A stretch of DNA of 64,000 nucleotides from Candidatus Woesearchaeota archaeon (GTDB lineage Archaea > Nanobdellota > Nanobdellia > Woesearchaeales > UBA12501). Location of the stretch: NCBI GenBank assembly GCA_046484055.1, contig JAWOBY010000066.1, forward strand, positions 18,928 to 82,927. Direction: 5' to 3'. Below the pieces are notes generated by a model that was given only the letters and a program-made list of their open reading frames with translations, did no database searches and was not told where the DNA came from. Made by a program: the position numbers and the translations under genes. Below, piece by piece: positions 1-9,715 of the stretch; positions within the stretch are counted from its first letter, which is position 1; every line of letters starts with the position of its first letter.

Positions 1-764
1 ACGACCTTCCCTTTCCTGAACTCAAGCCTTATGCCTTCAACCTCCCTTCCTCCTTTTATGGTCGGGAAAGAGTATCTTATGTGGCCCTCAACAGAATTCT
101 TTACCGGCTCTGTGAAGACCTCGCCGTCAGGCATGTTCCTCTTGCCTGCGCATTTCACAGTTTTCTTACCCTTCACAGAAAATTCCAGGTCAGTGTCCTT
201 GTGCTTTATCCTTACCTTTTCTGTCCTGTTGAGAAGATTGACCAGCTTCTGCTGTTTCTTTGCCTCTTTAGCCCAGTCAACGATGCAGGCCTCATAGACG
301 AAATCCTCAAAATCCTCGAGTGACATCTCAGCATCCTGGGCCAGCGCAGAAGTGGGGTATTCAAGATAGACCCAGTTGTCCTTCTTCATCACTATGTCAG
401 AAACTTTCTTTGATGCCCTGCCCCTGAGGGCCAGCCTCTTGGGATCCACTTCAGAAAGCTCCTTGGTATTGTACTCTGTGGCAACAGATATCCACGCGTC
501 AACATTCCTTGCCTCATATAATGCTATCTTTGGGGTTTTCTTCAGTATGCTCTCAGGCGCGTGCTTGTAGAAGGTGTTAGCGAATCCGGGCAGGCCTACG
601 CGCAGCAAAGGCGAGGCGCCCTTTTTGAGTATGAGCTTTGTGAGTTCAAGAACGAGCGGCCTTGCTTTAGGGCCGCAACTTATCTCCACTATGTCCCCTT
701 TTTTTATGCTTACGGAATAATTGACGAGTATGTCCGCGAGCTTTTTCACCCTTGGATCAGCCAT
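1..764 (-). CDS. Aminopeptidase, M29 (AmpS/PepS) family; partial, C-terminus lies beyond the window start
   Basis: An ATG at 764 opens a minus-strand frame that runs without a stop to nt 1. The translation begins MADPRVKKLADILVNYSVSIKKGDIVEISCGP, an N-terminus typical of thermophilic M29 aminopeptidases. It is absent from the ORF track because no stop codon lies inside the window. Confidence 0.6.
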   Translation of the reverse strand, partial: MADPRVKKLADILVNYSVSIKKGDIVEISCGPKARPLVLELTKLILKKGASPLLRVGLPGFANTFYKHAPESILKKTPKIALYEARNVDAWISVATEYNTKELSEVDPKRLALRGRASKKVSDIVMKKDNWVYLEYPTSALAQDAEMSLEDFEDFVYEACIVDWAKEAKKQQKLVNLLNRTEKVRIKHKDTDLEFSVKGKKTVKCAGKRNMPDGEVFTEPVKNSVEGHIRYSFPTIKGGREVEGIRLEFRKGKV

Positions 765-882
765 GTTCTGCTGCAGGGCGGGCTCATATTTAAATGTTGC
801 TGAATCCCGTAAGATATGCAGGCGAGGGCCAAAACCAAAATGTTTATAAATGAGGGTTGAGGAAGATACGCAGGGGTAACTT

Positions 883-2022
883 ATGGAATCTGATGAGAAA
901 CTAGACAAGGTAGTATCAGGATACTCTCTTGACATAAACAGTCTTGAGGAGGAGAACAGGGTATTGAACGAGACTGTGAAGAGCCTTAAGGAAGAGATTA
1001 ACAAGTTCCAGAGAGCACCCCTGCTGGTGGCAGAGGCGAGGGATGTGATTGGTGAGAATGCCATCGTCAAGCTTCCGAACGGCAATGAGTTCTATGTTGA
1101 CATATCCTCGGAATCAAAAGGCATCCAGCCGGGGGATTCAGTGCTGGTGGAGCAGAAGAATCTCACGTGTGTGAAGAAGATAGAATCAAGGAAGAGATTC
1201 AATGTGGAGAGGTTTGTGATAGTTGAGAACCCGAGCATAGCATGGAACACCATAGGCGGTCTCAAGGAGCAGGAGAAGGAGATCAAAGAGGTCATCGAGC
1301 TTCCCCTGAAGAGTCCAGAGCTGTTCAAGAATGTGGGGATAAAGCCTCCCAAGGGGCTGCTGCTGCACGGGCCGCCGGGAACGGGCAAGACACTGCTGGC
1401 CAAGGCTGTGGCGAGCTCCACAAAATCAACATTCATAGAGATAGTGGGCAGCGAGCTCGTGCAGAAATTCATAGGTGAGGGCACCAAGCTGGTCAAGGAG
1501 GTGTTCCAGCTGGCCAGGGAGAAAGCGCCTTCAATAGTTTTCATAGATGAGCTTGACGCGATAGCCTCCCAGAGGATTGATGTTGGCACGAGCGGAGAGA
1601 GGGAGGTCCAGAGGACCTTCATGCAGCTGCTGGCTGAGATAGACGGCTTCAAGAATCTCGGCAATATCAAGATCATAGGATGCACCAACAGGAAGGATAT
1701 ACTCGATCCTGCAGTGGTTAGGCCTGGAAGGCTCGACAGGATGCTCCAGATCCCTCTTCCTGAAAAGGAAGGGATAAAAGACATATTCAGGATACACACA
1801 AAAGAAATGAATCTTGACAAGAAGATAGACATCAACAGGATCTGCAAGCTTATGGAAGGCTTTTCAGGGGCAGAGATCAAGGCAGTGGCAACAGAAGCAG
1901 GCTATTTCGCGATAAGGGCCAAGAGGACAAAGGTGAATGAGAGCGACTTCAGGGAGGCTGTCAAGAAGGTCAAGGAGCATGAGGAGGATGAAGGGGAAGA
2001 TTATATGGGGATGTTCGGCTGA
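883..2022 (+). CDS. pan: Proteasome-activating nucleotidase (PAN), AAA+ ATPase
   Basis: N-terminal coiled coil (LEEENRVLNETVKSLKEEINKF). OB segment. Walker A GPPGTGKTLLAKAVA, Walker B IVFIDELDA and a second region of homology typical of 26S Rpt/PAN. 379 aa. Confidence 0.85.
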   Translation: MESDEKLDKVVSGYSLDINSLEEENRVLNETVKSLKEEINKFQRAPLLVAEARDVIGENAIVKLPNGNEFYVDISSESKGIQPGDSVLVEQKNLTCVKKIESRKRFNVERFVIVENPSIAWNTIGGLKEQEKEIKEVIELPLKSPELFKNVGIKPPKGLLLHGPPGTGKTLLAKAVASSTKSTFIEIVGSELVQKFIGEGTKLVKEVFQLAREKAPSIVFIDELDAIASQRIDVGTSGEREVQRTFMQLLAEIDGFKNLGNIKIIGCTNRKDILDPAVVRPGRLDRMLQIPLPEKEGIKDIFRIHTKEMNLDKKIDINRICKLMEGFSGAEIKAVATEAGYFAIRAKRTKVNESDFREAVKKVKEHEEDEGEDYMGMFG

Positions 2023-2314
2023 AACGTCCATGAGATAGAAAGTCCCAGATTCTTACCGCCCTTCCGTATTCTTTATTACAAATAGCGCAATACCTCTTCT
2101 TTCAAGTTGGGGATGTAGCGCTATTTATAAGACTTAAATGATGTATGATTGTGATGCATGATAACTATGAGAAAGATTAAGATGGGGATTTGCACACAGC
2201 TCAGCAGTTACATCCTTATGCCATTGGAGGCACTGGTGTTCACTTAATCATCGCTGTGTTGTGCTTCCCGGCTCTCGCCGGCATGGAGGGAGAGGGGATG
2301 TTTTATAAGCTTTT

Positions 2315-3133
2315 CTACATGACCCTGAAATCAACGCAGACCCTGTACTTGCCCGGCCCGTAATTCCCGCATCTGTTCCAGCCGAGAATCTCGTATTCCT
2401 TCCTGCCCGCCGCTTTCCTTATCTTCTCAAAGCTTGCATCCGGCATTTCCTCCTCGCGCTCAAAATCATAGAAATGGATTGTTGTCCCTCTCCTCGATGC
2501 TGCTAGCGCGGTATCAAGGAAGTTCTCAGCCCCCCTGGGGAGCGGCATGATTATCCTGTCAAACCTTTTTCTGATTTTCGGCACCACCTTCCTGACATCA
2601 CCGAGGTAAAGCTTCACGTTCTGTGCCTTGTTAAGCTCCCTGTTCCTTAATGCATACTTATGGGCTTCAGGATTGACCTCAACACCATACACCTCCCTTG
2701 CTCCTGTGTTCCTGGATATCACGAACACATAGGGGCCCACGCCGGAGAACATCACAAGAACTGTCTCACCCGGCCTTACCTTCTCCATTATCCTTTTCCG
2801 CTCTGTGCTGAGCCTGGGCGAGAAATACACCTTTTCAGCATGCAGCAGGAGCCTCACATTGTTCTCCTTGTACTCTGTCTCCTTGCTCCTCCTGCCCGCT
2901 ATTATCTTGAGCTTCCTGAGCCTGAACTCCCCTGAATGTATCCCTGTCTTCTTGGCCACTGTCCTTATGTTCTTCTGAAGGTCCAGGAGGGTATTGCCGA
3001 TAAGCTTTTCCTTCTTCTCCAGCTCAGGAGGGATCTCTATTATGGCTATGGAACCGAGGGTATCATAGCTTCCCTTGAGCAGATCAAACTCTTTCGGGGT
3101 GAGTTTGCCCTTGAGGGCTTCCTTCAGTTTCAT
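2315..3133 (-). CDS. tRNA (m1G37) methyltransferase Trm5 / Taw2-like class I SAM methyltransferase
   Basis: Motif VLVMFSGVGPYVFVIS matches the Trm5/TYW2 SAM-binding loop. Start taken at the internal Met (MKLKEALKG), which abuts the downstream gene. Confidence 0.65.
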   Translation of the reverse strand: MKLKEALKGKLTPKEFDLLKGSYDTLGSIAIIEIPPELEKKEKLIGNTLLDLQKNIRTVAKKTGIHSGEFRLRKLKIIAGRRSKETEYKENNVRLLLHAEKVYFSPRLSTERKRIMEKVRPGETVLVMFSGVGPYVFVISRNTGAREVYGVEVNPEAHKYALRNRELNKAQNVKLYLGDVRKVVPKIRKRFDRIIMPLPRGAENFLDTALAASRRGTTIHFYDFEREEEMPDASFEKIRKAAGRKEYEILGWNRCGNYGPGKYRVCVDFRVM

Positions 3134-3999
3134 AAGATCACCATATAAGCTCCGGCAAGCATTATGACGCACGCTGTGAGCTTGAGCTTGAGGGCCTTCT
3201 CGTGGAATATTTCTCCGCCTATGAATGCAGAGACCAGTGTGCTGAGCCGTCTTATGGGCACCACCAGGACTATCAGTGCTGCAGGGACTGATATCGCCTT
3301 AAGAAAAAACAGATCGCTTACTACAACAAGCGCACATGCGACTATGAACCCCAGCCAGTCCCTTCTGAGAGCGAGCCTTATGTCCATGAGCCCGCCTTCC
3401 TTCCTGTATTTGAGTGATATGAATATGATTGCTATCAGCAGTATCTGCAGGAAATAATAGGAGTAGATGTCCACCGTCCTTACGACTATCTTGTCTATTA
3501 TCGCGCAGAAGCTTATGAACACAAGGTATATGAGAAGCAGCACGAGCTTTTTCTCCTTCAGCACCTTCAATGGTTTTTTCAGGTGTATGATCTTATGGTC
3601 CGCTTCCATGACATACGCCCCGAGAAGCAGGAGGAGAATTCCCGAGATGTTGAATATGTTCGGCGTCTCATTGAGTATGATAAATCCGAAAACAAGCAGG
3701 AACAACGGGCTGAGGTTCTTCAGGGGCTCGACCTCCGAGATATCATAATGCCTCAGGAGCTTCAGGATTATGAAGGCTGCGACTGCAAGAAAGCAGGATT
3801 TCAGGCCTATGAGGGCCCATTGGGCGGGTGAAAGATAAAAATCAACCCTTGGAAGAAGCACGAGGAGGAATATGAATATTATAAGGTAATATGTTGAGGT
3901 GAACTGCAGGGTGTGCTCCCTTGACAGTATTTTCTTCTTGATGACATCAGAGACACCGAAGATTATTGCGGACAAAAGCGCAAGCAGATACCATTCCAT
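3130..3999 (-). CDS. EamA/DMT-family drug/metabolite transporter
   Basis: 289 aa with about 10 predicted TM helices. Duplicated EamA-like halves. N-terminus MEWYLLALLSAIIFGVSDVIKKKIL. Confidence 0.6.
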   Translation of the reverse strand: MEWYLLALLSAIIFGVSDVIKKKILSREHTLQFTSTYYLIIFIFLLVLLPRVDFYLSPAQWALIGLKSCFLAVAAFIILKLLRHYDISEVEPLKNLSPLFLLVFGFIILNETPNIFNISGILLLLLGAYVMEADHKIIHLKKPLKVLKEKKLVLLLIYLVFISFCAIIDKIVVRTVDIYSYYFLQILLIAIIFISLKYRKEGGLMDIRLALRRDWLGFIVACALVVVSDLFFLKAISVPAALIVLVVPIRRLSTLVSAFIGGEIFHEKALKLKLTACVIMLAGAYMVIL

Positions 4000-4056
4000 A
4001 TATCATGAAGGAGAGAGATTATTTAAATTTTTAACTATTGGAACATGAGATGGTGG

Positions 4057-5094
4057 TCATCCGAAGAACTGGTTGAGGCCTTTCTGGCTCTTATCGCTTT
4101 TCTCCTTCTCAAGCTTGGACAGGGAATCACTCACTCTCTTCTCTGAGAAGTCATGCCCGTCAACAAGAAGCTCCATCAGTTTGTCCCTGTCCGGCGCTTT
4201 CCATTCCATATTGTAGTCATCGGTCACAGGCATCCCTGTTATCGTGTCATACACCTGCTTCCAGGGGATATCAGAATGATCACTCCACCCCACCTCTTTG
4301 AAGAGGGAGTCAAAATCATCATCGTTCCCCTTTATCATTTTCAGGGCTTTTTTGGGGCCTATGCCCTTCACACCTCCATAGTTGTAGTCAGTTCCGACCA
4401 GAAGGCAGAGGGCTATGAGCTGGTCCTGGCTTATGCCCAGGGAATCAAGATTCTCCTTCAGGTCTATCATCTCCGGCCTGACTCCTGAAAAGCTCGCCTT
4501 GCCGGGCATCCTTCTCCTTTCTGTTATGGTAAGATTCCTCACAAGCCTCGGGACGCCGAACATCAGGCAGTCAAAATCCTGGCTTATCTCTGCATAAGCC
4601 TCTCCTCTCTTCACTATGTGGGCCGCCTGTGCCTCTCCCTCTGAAGGGGCGTCAATGACAGGCATGCCCAGCGCGCTTATAAGCTTCTTGGCTTCTTCTA
4701 TCATCTCAGGAGTGAGCCTTGACATCCTTGAGGAGTATTTCTTCATCCCTTCGATGTCGCCTTCCTGTTTCGCTTTCTCATAATCCTTTGCAGCGTCTTC
4801 TTTAAGCCCTTTTCTTCTCTCTCTTTCCTTGTCCTTGAGTTCAGGGGGCCTGCCGTCAAATACGAACGCCAGATTAAGGCCTTTCTGCATAAGGCTGAGG
4901 CTGCGGTTGAAAAGCCCGTTCAGGTGGGAGGTCACACTGCCATTTGAGTCCATAAGAAGGGAACCATCATTCATCCTTATTGTGGTCAGGAATTGGTAGA
5001 GTATGTTATGGGCATCGACCACGAGATTTTTTCCCTTAAGGTCCTCGATGGTTATTTGCCTGCAGGCGGTTATCTCCTTAAGTTTGGTGCCCAT
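4057..5094 (-). CDS. fen: Flap endonuclease FEN1
   Basis: N-terminus MGTKLKEI...LKGKNLVVDAHNILYQF. XPG-N and XPG-I motifs. H3TH region. C-terminal PIP box GLNQFFG. Confidence 0.9.
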   Translation of the reverse strand: MGTKLKEITACRQITIEDLKGKNLVVDAHNILYQFLTTIRMNDGSLLMDSNGSVTSHLNGLFNRSLSLMQKGLNLAFVFDGRPPELKDKERERRKGLKEDAAKDYEKAKQEGDIEGMKKYSSRMSRLTPEMIEEAKKLISALGMPVIDAPSEGEAQAAHIVKRGEAYAEISQDFDCLMFGVPRLVRNLTITERRRMPGKASFSGVRPEMIDLKENLDSLGISQDQLIALCLLVGTDYNYGGVKGIGPKKALKMIKGNDDDFDSLFKEVGWSDHSDIPWKQVYDTITGMPVTDDYNMEWKAPDRDKLMELLVDGHDFSEKRVSDSLSKLEKEKSDKSQKGLNQFFG

Positions 5095-5137
5095 AAAGAA
5101 GAAAGGAAGAAAGAATAATATAAATTTTATTATTTTA

Positions 5138-5815
5138 TCATTTCACTTTTATGGTCAGAAGATCCTGGCCGGTGTTGTAATTATCCCAGAACCCATCTGA
5201 AGTCTCATACTCAAAGGTTATGTCGAAGGTATAGCTTCCAGGCACTGTCTCCTCACCCTCAGCCACATACGGCCCCACCTCGACTATGAGGGGGACTATC
5301 TTCTCCTCGCTGTCATCGAGAGTGAATGTGCTGAATGTGTTCCTTGAGAACCAGTTGTAGATTGTCTCATCCGTGTGTATGAGGTTGGAGAGGCCGCTGG
5401 TTTTTGCGTCCTCAATCTCAAGGTCGAGCCTGAACCTTTTGGTGTTAGGATATATGTTCTTGATGCCCACCGCAAACACGTATGAGTCCCCGATTTCCAT
5501 GATCTTGTAGGGTGTTGAAAGTGCTACCCTCTCACCTTTGTCAAGCCTTTCCTCTGCAAGGTTCCTCTCGTCTGCCGAAAGTTCCATGCTAACGTCTGAG
5601 GCTTCCTCTGAAGCTGAATCCTGAGAGTCTCCCTCAGCAGAAGAACCGCTATCATATGAAGCGGTGCTGTCCTGGGCGCCTGTTTCGGCCTGCTGATCAT
5701 CCCCTTCACTGTCAGGCGTCACAACAGTGTTCCCGTTGCCACATCCTGATAGTATGGTCAGGATGGCAATGACTGAAATGACATAAATCATCGGAATTAA
5801 ACGTCTTGTTCTCAT
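5138..5815 (-). CDS. Secreted lipoprotein, acidic low-complexity N-terminal region; function unknown
   Basis: Signal peptide followed by lipobox LSGCG. D/E/S-rich linker, then a beta-rich domain. Confidence 0.5.
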   Translation of the reverse strand: MRTRRLIPMIYVISVIAILTILSGCGNGNTVVTPDSEGDDQQAETGAQDSTASYDSGSSAEGDSQDSASEEASDVSMELSADERNLAEERLDKGERVALSTPYKIMEIGDSYVFAVGIKNIYPNTKRFRLDLEIEDAKTSGLSNLIHTDETIYNWFSRNTFSTFTLDDSEEKIVPLIVEVGPYVAEGEETVPGSYTFDITFEYETSDGFWDNYNTGQDLLTIKVK

Positions 5816-6029
5816 GCTTACACCCCCGCTATAAATCTCCTATTGATGAGCATTTATCATGGGCCTTTATATGCTTTTTGGTCTGGGATGGCACAATGGG
5901 TATAATGCATATACATTAATGGCAGAGGCACAGCGGCCACTAAGTCCTTCCCCTTCAGGATGATCATGCAAATCAGGGAGGGGGGGCAGAAGCTTATCAG
6001 GACCCGTATCTCAGGGGATGCCAGTGGCT

Positions 6030-6971
6030 TTAAAGCATCTGTATCAGAATTATCAGGAGGTAACCTGTGACGCAGCCGATGCTGAGGAAAGGCATGGCAG
6101 GGTAATACCTGTCCTCTTTGGAGAGCAGGAAAAGGAGGAGCAGCGCTATGCTGACCACAACAGGTATGATGGCAGTCTTGAGGAAGCCCGCCAGAACAGT
6201 ATCAGTGAGCATGAGGTTCTTCATGACCACCCCTGCGAAGAGAAGGGGGAATCCTATATCTCCTCCCCCCAGTATCGCGCTCTTCCTGCCTTCAGCCCTT
6301 TCTTCAGCAGTCCCTTTTTTTCTCTTAACCTTTTCTGGCTTTTTACCTGATGTTTTTGCGCGTCTCTTCACCTTCTTGTAGGGTATGAACAGGCCGGCGA
6401 ATATCTTTGATTCCGTCTGGAATTTTGCCATCCTGACCATGTGCTTTGATCTCCAGACAGCGTACATGTCATAGAGCGAGACAAGCACGAGCAGGATGAG
6501 CATTGCCTTCAGGTTTATTATGGGCACAAGTATGGCTGCGAGGCCCCCATACACGAGCGTTTCAGTTATGTTATGTATATATATGTTGGGCCTGTATATC
6601 TTCCATAGAGCCAGCGCAAGGGCTATCGCGAAAGCGGCATATTCGTTTATGAAGGCGCCCAGCGCCATAGTGAGGGTTATCAGGACTGCAAGGAAGAACC
6701 AAAGCTTCCACATCCTGTATGCCCCTGTCCTTATTATCAGAAGCACGAGCAGTGTCCCTATTATTATAGCGGCAAAGATATATATGTATGAGCTGGATTC
6801 CTCCACTTCCGGCCTCTCCATATCCATCGGAAGCTCAGCCCATGTCACATTGCCTGTCTGGGCGGTTACCTTGTGATCTATGTATTCGTTCGTCACCGCC
6901 AGGCCTACCAGCTGGGAAATGAAGAAGAACACCACCAATAACAGCGTTATCTTGAGATTATGTTTCATCAT
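6030..6971 (-). CDS. Presenilin / signal-peptide-peptidase-like intramembrane aspartyl protease (A22 family) homolog
   Basis: Polytopic membrane protein. YD motif in VSLYDMYAVW. GxGD motif in ILGGGDIGFPLLFAGVV. PAL-like PAMPFL near the C-terminus. A K/R-rich cytoplasmic loop lies between the two catalytic helices. Confidence 0.55.
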   Translation of the reverse strand: MMKHNLKITLLLVVFFFISQLVGLAVTNEYIDHKVTAQTGNVTWAELPMDMERPEVEESSSYIYIFAAIIIGTLLVLLIIRTGAYRMWKLWFFLAVLITLTMALGAFINEYAAFAIALALALWKIYRPNIYIHNITETLVYGGLAAILVPIINLKAMLILLVLVSLYDMYAVWRSKHMVRMAKFQTESKIFAGLFIPYKKVKRRAKTSGKKPEKVKRKKGTAEERAEGRKSAILGGGDIGFPLLFAGVVMKNLMLTDTVLAGFLKTAIIPVVVSIALLLLFLLSKEDRYYPAMPFLSIGCVTGYLLIILIQML

Positions 6972-7020
6972 GGGGGGATTGCAGGAAATTATTTAAATGT
7001 GTTTTGCTGGCTTGAATCAG

Positions 7021-7476
7021 ATGAGGCTCGCCCATAACATAAAGATAAGCGTGTTCTGCAAGCCGGAGGATGATTACAGTTCCATAATGGGCGCTTTCCT
7101 GTCCCTCTTCCCTTTCAGTCTTGAGGATGAGAAAGTGCAGCTCGAGGAGCAGAATGTTTTGGGGTTCAATGAGAGGGAGATAAGGGTATTTAATGCGTGG
7201 TTAGGGAGAGAATCGCTCACCAATTCATTCCTTAAGCACCTGAAGGAGCGTCTGGGGGGTGCCCAGTGCAGCAGGATAGCAGAGGAAGCGGAATCCAGGG
7301 TGGATGATGAGCTCTGCCTTTTCATAAGACTGGATAAGAAAAGCCTTGAGGCAGGGAAGTATGCGCTGACAGACAGGGGAGACTGCTTCCACATAAGGAT
7401 AAAACTGTCAGTACATCCCAAAAGGAGGGAGAAAGCCGTCAGGCTGGCGCATGATATCTTCTCAACAAAACCCTAA
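7021..7476 (+). CDS. Small conserved archaeal protein, possibly a UPF0201/COG1931-like RNA-binding protein
   Basis: The N-terminal beta-strand followed by KPEDD resembles the HPTED signature of UPF0201. The assignment rests on weak similarity only. Confidence 0.35.
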   Translation: MRLAHNIKISVFCKPEDDYSSIMGAFLSLFPFSLEDEKVQLEEQNVLGFNEREIRVFNAWLGRESLTNSFLKHLKERLGGAQCSRIAEEAESRVDDELCLFIRLDKKSLEAGKYALTDRGDCFHIRIKLSVHPKRREKAVRLAHDIFSTKP

Positions 7477-7554
7477 AAACACCAAAAAGAGACAAAGAGG
7501 GTGCTGCAGGGGCATAGGATAAATTTTTATATGAATACCTATTCTTACAGGAGC

Positions 7555-8514
7555 ATGAGCTTCATATGGACAGAAAAATACAGGCCCCAGAATTTCTCTG
7601 AGATAAGGGGGCAGAAGGATGTGGTCAGCAAGGTAGAGGCGCTTGTGAAGAGCAGGAACCTGCCGCATCTGCTTTTTGCGGGCCCCGCGGGTACAGGCAA
7701 GACCACTCTGGCCCTGGTCACGGCAAAACAGCTTTTTGGTGAGGGGTGGAGGTCCAATTTTCTGGAGCTCAACGCGTCTGATGAGAGAGGCATTGACATA
7801 ATAAGGAACAAGGTGAAGGATTTCGCCAGGACAAGGGCTATTGGTGATGTGCCTTTCAAGATAATCTACCTTGACGAGTGCGATGCGCTGACGAGAGAGG
7901 CGCAGCAGGCCCTGAGAAGGACGATGGAGAATTACACCCAGACCTGCAGGTTCATACTATCAGCGAATTATTCCTCAAAGATAATAGATCCCATACAGAG
8001 CAGGTGCGCGATATTCAGGTTCAGGCCCCTAAGCAGGGATGATATAATGTCTATAATCGACAATATCGCGTCGGGGGAAGGCATAGAGGTATCAGGAGAT
8101 GCTAAGACCGCCCTTTATGATGTGTCCAAAGGCGACTGCAGGAGGGTTGAGAACATAATGCAGAGCTGCGCTGCAGTAAGCAAAAGCATTGATGATGAGC
8201 TTGTCTTCTCGATGGCATCAGTGGCCAAGCCGAAGGAGGTGAAGAAGGCGCTGGAGCTGGCCCTGCAGAACAAGTTCATTGAGGCAAAGGATGAGCTGCT
8301 CAACATAATGCTTAAGTACGGCCTCAGCGGAGAGGACATAATCAGGCAGGTCCAGAAAGAGATACTTGATCTTGACATTGACGGCAGGCAGCAGATGGAG
8401 CTGATATCTTACTGCGGTGAAGCGGAATTCAGGGTCAGCGAGGGTTCTGATGAGTTCATACAGCTGGAGGCCCTGCTGAGCAGGTTCACGTTGGCGGGTG
8501 AAGGAAACAAGTGA
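7555..8514 (+). CDS. rfcS: Replication factor C small subunit
   Basis: N-terminus MSFIWTEKYRPQNFSEIRGQ. Walker A FAGPAGTGKTT. DECD box. SRC-like SRCAIFRF. No intein. Start set at the internal Met. Confidence 0.9.
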   Translation: MSFIWTEKYRPQNFSEIRGQKDVVSKVEALVKSRNLPHLLFAGPAGTGKTTLALVTAKQLFGEGWRSNFLELNASDERGIDIIRNKVKDFARTRAIGDVPFKIIYLDECDALTREAQQALRRTMENYTQTCRFILSANYSSKIIDPIQSRCAIFRFRPLSRDDIMSIIDNIASGEGIEVSGDAKTALYDVSKGDCRRVENIMQSCAAVSKSIDDELVFSMASVAKPKEVKKALELALQNKFIEAKDELLNIMLKYGLSGEDIIRQVQKEILDLDIDGRQQMELISYCGEAEFRVSEGSDEFIQLEALLSRFTLAGEGNK

Positions 8515-8704
8515 GACAGCCACATCAGAGTACAGCCCTGAAACAGATAGATAAGGGGGTTTGTTCTGATTGGCTGAATGGTTCTCCATGATTCTCTGGA
8601 AACAGGAGAGAACATGAACAGAAAGAAGGATGGCGTGATGCTAAAGTGGGAAGAGAATCAAATAGGGATGAATTGATATGAAAAAGTGAAAGAAAAAGGG
8701 AAAT

Positions 8705-9610
8705 TCATCCCTTGCTCTTTATCTTTACGCTCTGCTGTATGAGGTCCCTGTAATCATAGCTGAGAGTCAGGTCTATCTGTTTTGTGTAGAGCGCGCCTTC
8801 CTCCATCGGATTTTTCAGCTTGCACCTTATGGTCCCCTTGCCATTGACCAGTCTTGCCTCGTTCTCCTGGCCTGCGGCCCTGCAGTCCCACTCGTCAGGG
8901 TTGGATGTCTCGTCGATGCTGAACTCCAGCTGGCCGTATCTGGAATCGAAATCCTCTCCCGGCTTGGTCACGTCACCTCCGCCGACATTCTCAACCTGGT
9001 ATTCGATAGCTATTATTCCGGAACCCGCTCTCGCCTGCTTGGCTGATTTCACGATAATCGGAGCGCCTGATGAGAATGATTCTCTCGGGCCCTCAATATC
9101 ACAGACGGAATCGTCAGTTATGTCCTCCTTGAAGCAGACGTCAGGCACTGCCACATGGGTCTTGTAAGGGTATTTGTAACTTGCGAACACAGTCACGTCA
9201 TAATAATTGGTCTGGAGGTCTATGTTGTACTCTGCATCACCAAAGTCAATCGTCTCTTCGCCTCCCAGTGTGTTGAATTCGGAAATCCCCTCGAGCTCTC
9301 CGGAATTGGTCTTCCTCATCTCGATTCCGCTGAAATCCTCTGGTGATATGCCCTTGAGCTTGAGCTCGACATCGCCTGCTTCCACATCCTGTTCGCCCTT
9401 GTTCTCCAGTGTGATCTCTATGGGTATTGTCTCATCCCCGTATATTGTGGGCATGCCATCCTCAACGACACCAAAACTCTCAAAACTCGCTATTATTCCC
9501 TGGGTGCCTCCTTCGTACGGCGATTCGGTGGTCTTTTTTTCCTCTCCTTCGCAGCCTGCAAGGAGCAATGCCCCTAACACCAAGATTATGAAAAGATGTT
9601 TCGCTCTCAT
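8705..9610 (-). CDS. Secreted lipoprotein, paralog A of a tandem three-member family (unknown function)
   Basis: Signal peptide with lipobox LLAGCEG. Shares conserved blocks with the next two genes (SYKYPYKTH/CYKYRTYAT/CYGYETFAS, GAP(I/V)xV, LSYDYR/LDYGYR/LNYGYS) and conserved Cys positions. Confidence 0.6.
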   Translation of the reverse strand: MRAKHLFIILVLGALLLAGCEGEEKKTTESPYEGGTQGIIASFESFGVVEDGMPTIYGDETIPIEITLENKGEQDVEAGDVELKLKGISPEDFSGIEMRKTNSGELEGISEFNTLGGEETIDFGDAEYNIDLQTNYYDVTVFASYKYPYKTHVAVPDVCFKEDITDDSVCDIEGPRESFSSGAPIIVKSAKQARAGSGIIAIEYQVENVGGGDVTKPGEDFDSRYGQLEFSIDETSNPDEWDCRAAGQENEARLVNGKGTIRCKLKNPMEEGALYTKQIDLTLSYDYRDLIQQSVKIKSKG

Positions 9611-9715
9611 TTTGACCTCCCTCTGTTCTTTTTTGTGAGATTGTTTTTTTATTTTTAATTCGTATTTGATTTTTGTTTCTCTTTCTTACTCCAATGAATG
9701 AAGGCAAGTCTTATT

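Noticed and set aside
31-803. Four plus-strand ORFs (31-297, 81-323, 376-570, 561-803)
   Set aside because: They are antisense to a continuous minus-strand M29 aminopeptidase reading frame that runs off the window edge. They have no motifs and poor composition.
1092-1880. 262 aa minus-strand ORF inside pan
   Set aside because: Shadow ORF fully embedded in a confidently identified AAA ATPase gene. It is Ser/Leu-rich, typical of antisense frames.
2130-2260. TGATG/TGAT-rich stretch considered as a box C/D sRNA
   Set aside because: No properly spaced RUGAUGA...CUGA pair with a terminal stem could be identified.
8820-9638. Plus-strand ORFs overlapping lipoprotein paralog A
   Set aside because: Antisense to a gene supported by paralogy with two neighbours. 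Low-complexity S/P-rich translations.
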